DNA of 64,000 nucleotides from Roseibacillus sp. (GTDB lineage Bacteria; Verrucomicrobiota; Verrucomicrobiia; Verrucomicrobiales; Akkermansiaceae): NCBI GenBank assembly GCA_051251855.1, contig JBPOGI010000001.1, positions 768,001 to 832,000 of the forward strand, read 5' to 3'. Shown piece by piece: positions 60,948 to 64,000 of this stretch (position 1 is its first letter; each line of letters starts with the position of its first letter). The notes under the pieces were generated by a model. It saw only the letters and a program-made list of their open reading frames with translations, ran no database searches and was not told where the DNA came from. The position numbers and the translations under genes were made by a program.

Positions 60948-60997
60948 AAAAATCTCTGCGTTTCACTCTGAGTTCTCTGCGGCTCTGCGTCGAAAAA
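60948..60997. repeat. Inverted repeat arm, partner of 60511-60560
   Basis: Reverse complement reads TTTTTCG ACGCAGAG CCGCAGAG AACTCAGAG TGAAACGCAGAG ATTTTT; 41/50 identical with no gaps. Confidence 0.92.
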
Positions 60998-62101
60998 CTA
61001 CTTCTCTAAACTTGGAATCGCTCTCGGAGCTTTGCCTTCGACGGCCTTAGCGATGGCGGCGATGTGTTCGGGGGTGTTGCCGCAGCAGCCGCCTGCGAGG
61101 TTGAGGAGGCCGGCGTCGGCGAATTCGATCATGTATTCGGCCATGTGCTTGGGCTCGAGGTCGAATCCGGTAGGGGCGAGTGGGTTGGGGAGGCCGGCGT
61201 TGGGATAGCAACTGAGGTGGGTGGTGACGCACTTGTCGAGGTCCTGCAGGAAGGGCTTCATGAGGTCGGGACCGAGAGAACAGTTGAGACCGACGGCGAG
61301 AGGATTGGAGTGGGCGACGGCGTTCCAGAGGGCCTCGCCTTTTTGGGCTGAGATCATGGTCTCGCCTCCGCGACCGACGGCGGCGGAGATGATGATGGGG
61401 AGTCTGTTAGGGGAGTCGTCGAGGACTTCCTGGCAGGCAACGAGAGCGGCTTTGGCGTTGAGGGAATCGAAGATGGTTTCGACCATGAGGATGTCGACGC
61501 CGCCTTCGATGAGCGCTTTGATTTGGTGAGTGTAGGCGTCTTTGACTTGGTCGAAGGTGACGGCGCGGAAGGCGGGGTCGTTGGGATCGGCGAGGTTGGT
61601 GAGGGAGACGGTCATGGGGCCGATGGCTCCGGCGACGTAGCGAGCGCGGCCGGTTTCGTTGGCGACGCGGTCGGCTTCCACGCGGCAGAGTTTGGCAGAC
61701 TCCACATTGAGGCGCCAGACGAGGTCACTGATCTCGGCGTTGTTGACCACTTTTTCTTCGAAGAACTCGGGGTCTTTACGGGCTCCGTCGCCGGCTTTGC
61801 GGGGGTCTTCGACAAAGAACTCGGATTGGGAAAGGGTGGTTCCGGAGAAGGTGTTGGTTTCGACGATGTCGCTGCCGGCTTCGTAGAAGCGCTTGTGAAT
61901 ATCGGAAATGACGTCGGGGCGGGTGAGGGAGAGGATGTCGCCGTTGTTGAGGAGGTCTTCTTCGTTGCCTTTGAATTCCTCGCCGCGTGCGTCAGCTTCG
62001 GTGAGCTCGTAGCCGCGAATAGTGGTGCCCATAGCGCCGTCGAGGACGAGGATTCGTTCAGCGAGAGCGGCTTGGAGTTCGGCGGTTGGGTCCGGTTGCA
62101 T
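60998..62101 (-). CDS. metH: Methionine synthase N-terminal homocysteine-binding domain encoded as a separate gene
   Basis: LDGAMGT, ETNTF, ETIFD, GLNCSLG, PNAGLP, GGCCG. Confidence 0.95.
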   Translation of the reverse strand: MQPDPTAELQAALAERILVLDGAMGTTIRGYELTEADARGEEFKGNEEDLLNNGDILSLTRPDVISDIHKRFYEAGSDIVETNTFSGTTLSQSEFFVEDPRKAGDGARKDPEFFEEKVVNNAEISDLVWRLNVESAKLCRVEADRVANETGRARYVAGAIGPMTVSLTNLADPNDPAFRAVTFDQVKDAYTHQIKALIEGGVDILMVETIFDSLNAKAALVACQEVLDDSPNRLPIIISAAVGRGGETMISAQKGEALWNAVAHSNPLAVGLNCSLGPDLMKPFLQDLDKCVTTHLSCYPNAGLPNPLAPTGFDLEPKHMAEYMIEFADAGLLNLAGGCCGNTPEHIAAIAKAVEGKAPRAIPSLEK

Positions 62102-62119
62102 GATAATCTGTGTGGCTTA

Positions 62120-62147
62120 AGTGTATATCCTTACTCAGGTGGGTCAA
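62120..62147 (-). promoter_or_regulatory. Putative sigma70 promoter of the metH operon
   Basis: TTGACC-N16-TACACT, ending 18 nt before the ATG. Confidence 0.55.
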
Positions 62148-62285
62148 GATTTCGTATCAACATATCGTGATTTGTTGGGAGGAGTTTTTTAGCCGGCAGA
62201 GAAAAGGATTTTGCACCGGTGAAGAGAGTCATGGTTTCGCTCTTTGCGTCTTTCCATTATTTGGAGGTTTGGCTAAAACACGTCA

Positions 62286-63398
62286 ATGAGCGCAGAATCG
62301 TTGGAGGATTACTTGACGGCTGTTGTTTCCCAAGGGGGAAGTGACCTCCACCTGTCTCCTAAATCTCCTCCGGGGATTCGGATTGGAGGCAAATTACGTG
62401 GAATTGCGAAGGACTTGCTGAGTTCAGACGATATTCAGGAAATTGCTAATAATGTCCTGAATGAGCGGCAACTGAACAAGTTAAAGGAGGATTGGGAACT
62501 CGACTTCATCCTTGATTCGAATGTGGGTCGTTTTCGTGGTAACGCGCACTATACCCGCAATGGTTTGGAAATGGCCTTGCGGGTCTTACCTGCGGAGGTT
62601 CCGAGATTGGAAAATCTGGGGCATCGTCAGGAAGTGGTCGCTCTGAGTGAGATTCGACAGGGCTTGATCTTAGTGACGGGAGTTGCAGGGGCTGGAAAAT
62701 CGACTACTTTGGCCTCTTTGGTTCGGACGATTTCAAAGATTCGTTCTGGGGTGATTATTACGATTGAAGAGCCGATTGAGTATTACATTGGGCATGCGGC
62801 GGCCTTGGTGAAGCAACGTGAAATCGGCACTTCGACGAAGGACTATCCGACGGCATTGAGGCAAGCTTTACGACAAGACCCCGATGTTCTGGTCGTGGCG
62901 GAGCTGCGCGATCATGAATCAGCAGCGATTGCGATGACTGCTGCGGAGACTGGGCACCTTGTCATTGCAACTTTGCATACTTTGGATGCTGCGAGCACGG
63001 TGGATCGGATGATTGATTTATTTCCTGGGGATGAACAAATGCAAGTGAGGACTCAGCTAGCGACGGTATTGCAGGCGGTGCTGAGTCAGCATTTGATGCA
63101 GCGGAAGAATCAATTTGGGAAGCGAGTTTTGGCTTCGGAGCTTTTGAGGACGACGACTGCGGTGAAAGGAGCGATTCGAGAAAAGAAGCTTTATAAACTC
63201 CATGACATCATGCAGCTGGGAAGTAAGCAGGGGATGTATTCGCTGGACCAATCTCTGGCGGGGCTTTTGCGGCGTGATCTTATTGAGTATCGTGATGCTG
63301 CTGCCATTTGCCATGACCCTGGTTACTTGGCAGCGCTGGACCCCGAAAATGAGGAAGAGAATCCCAAGGTGAAGAAGAAAAAACGGTCCTCGAAGTGA
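62286..63398 (+). CDS. PilT/PilU-family ATPase
   Basis: SDLHL, GVAGAGKSTT, TIEEPIE, LRQDPD, AAETGHLV, TLHT. Confidence 0.9.
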   Translation: MSAESLEDYLTAVVSQGGSDLHLSPKSPPGIRIGGKLRGIAKDLLSSDDIQEIANNVLNERQLNKLKEDWELDFILDSNVGRFRGNAHYTRNGLEMALRVLPAEVPRLENLGHRQEVVALSEIRQGLILVTGVAGAGKSTTLASLVRTISKIRSGVIITIEEPIEYYIGHAAALVKQREIGTSTKDYPTALRQALRQDPDVLVVAELRDHESAAIAMTAAETGHLVIATLHTLDAASTVDRMIDLFPGDEQMQVRTQLATVLQAVLSQHLMQRKNQFGKRVLASELLRTTTAVKGAIREKKLYKLHDIMQLGSKQGMYSLDQSLAGLLRRDLIEYRDAAAICHDPGYLAALDPENEEENPKVKKKKRSSK

Positions 63399-63448
63399 TG
63401 GAGGTTGATTGGCTGCTGTAATGCTGGCGGAAAAGGAAGGCTTCCGAT

Positions 63449-64000
63449 ATGGCTGTTGCGGTGGAAGCGGTTCGTGAGCGACTCATCTTTATCGATGCCC
63501 TGCGGGGTTATGCGATTTTGATGATGTTGCAGGGACATACCGTAGGAGTGGTTTTACAGGAGAAGTTTCGTGACCCGGATTATCCTGCCTATCTGGTGTG
63601 GCACTATTTGACGGGGTTGACGGCGCCGGCCTTTTTTTTGGCGGCGGGATTGATTTTTGCTTACTTGATGGCTCGTGCTGAGGAGGTGGGAGGAAGCCGT
63701 CTGATGAAAGGGGTGAAGCGGGGGGGCTGGTTGATGGTGTTGGGCTGGGTGCTGCAGCTTTGGCCCCCGATTTTGGTGGATATGTCCAAGGGTGATTGGG
63801 GAGCGTTTGGTCGTATCGTGGGCAAGTCTCATGTGCTGCATACCATTGGGCTGTCCTTGATTGTGATGGTGGGGCTGTGGCTGTTGTGCGGGCGGCGAGG
63901 AAAGGTTTTTGCGGTGGTGGCCGTGGTTTTTGCGCAATTGGCCTTGTTGGGTGGACCGGTGATTGAGAGGTGGCAGCCGGCATCGGTGATGGGCCGAGTT
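63449..64000 (+). CDS. Membrane acyltransferase (HGSNAT/DUF1624-like), runs off the window
   Basis: My own translation, not in the ORF track: MAVAVEAVRERLIFIDALRGYAILMMLQGH...GLTAPAFFLAAG...HVLHTIG. Confidence 0.8.
   Translation, partial: MAVAVEAVRERLIFIDALRGYAILMMLQGHTVGVVLQEKFRDPDYPAYLVWHYLTGLTAPAFFLAAGLIFAYLMARAEEVGGSRLMKGVKRGGWLMVLGWVLQLWPPILVDMSKGDWGAFGRIVGKSHVLHTIGLSLIVMVGLWLLCGRRGKVFAVVAVVFAQLALLGGPVIERWQPASVMGRV

Larger units (their letters stand above)
60511..60997 (-). mobile_element. Putative GxxExxY cassette bounded by 50-bp inverted repeats
   Basis: Inverted repeats at 60511-60560 and 60948-60997 enclose exactly one ORF; no transposase. Confidence 0.6.

Noticed and set aside
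62102..62285. SAM or cobalamin riboswitch upstream of metH
   Set aside because: No recognisable core motifs, and the predicted promoter leaves almost no leader.

Overview
64 kb of bacterial chromosome, most likely from a Verrucomicrobia (inferred from the protein families, the split metH and the DxDGDG / S.DL..W..F[FY]R secreted-protein modules). Housekeeping genes (UvrD/Rep helicase, iscA-hscB-hscA, valS, dtd, ABC-F, rpsB-tsf, split metH, PilT-like ATPase) alternate with many secreted proteins (three serine proteases, an FG-GAP protein, a sulfatase, an SGNH esterase). I found no tRNA, rRNA, CRISPR array or transposase. Highlights: (1) a GxxExxY (PD-(D/E)XK-like) gene framed exactly by 50-bp inverted repeats made of CGCAGAG units and inserted between the two halves of metH, a candidate self-hiding mobile element; (2) a three-gene secreted operon encoding a TcA-like pore-forming protein with no TcB/TcC, an S74 self-cleaving fibre and a Calx-beta accessory protein; (3) a CutF/CruR-like Cys-rich, polyproline leader ahead of a Cys-rich MacAB-type transporter; (4) an orphan SenB-family glycosyltransferase coupled to a Fur regulator; (5) a deletion scar carrying a second sulfatase 3' end; (6) a split Ser/Thr kinase; (7) a predicted pseudoknot in the rpsB leader. 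All family calls come from reading motifs by eye; no database search was run.
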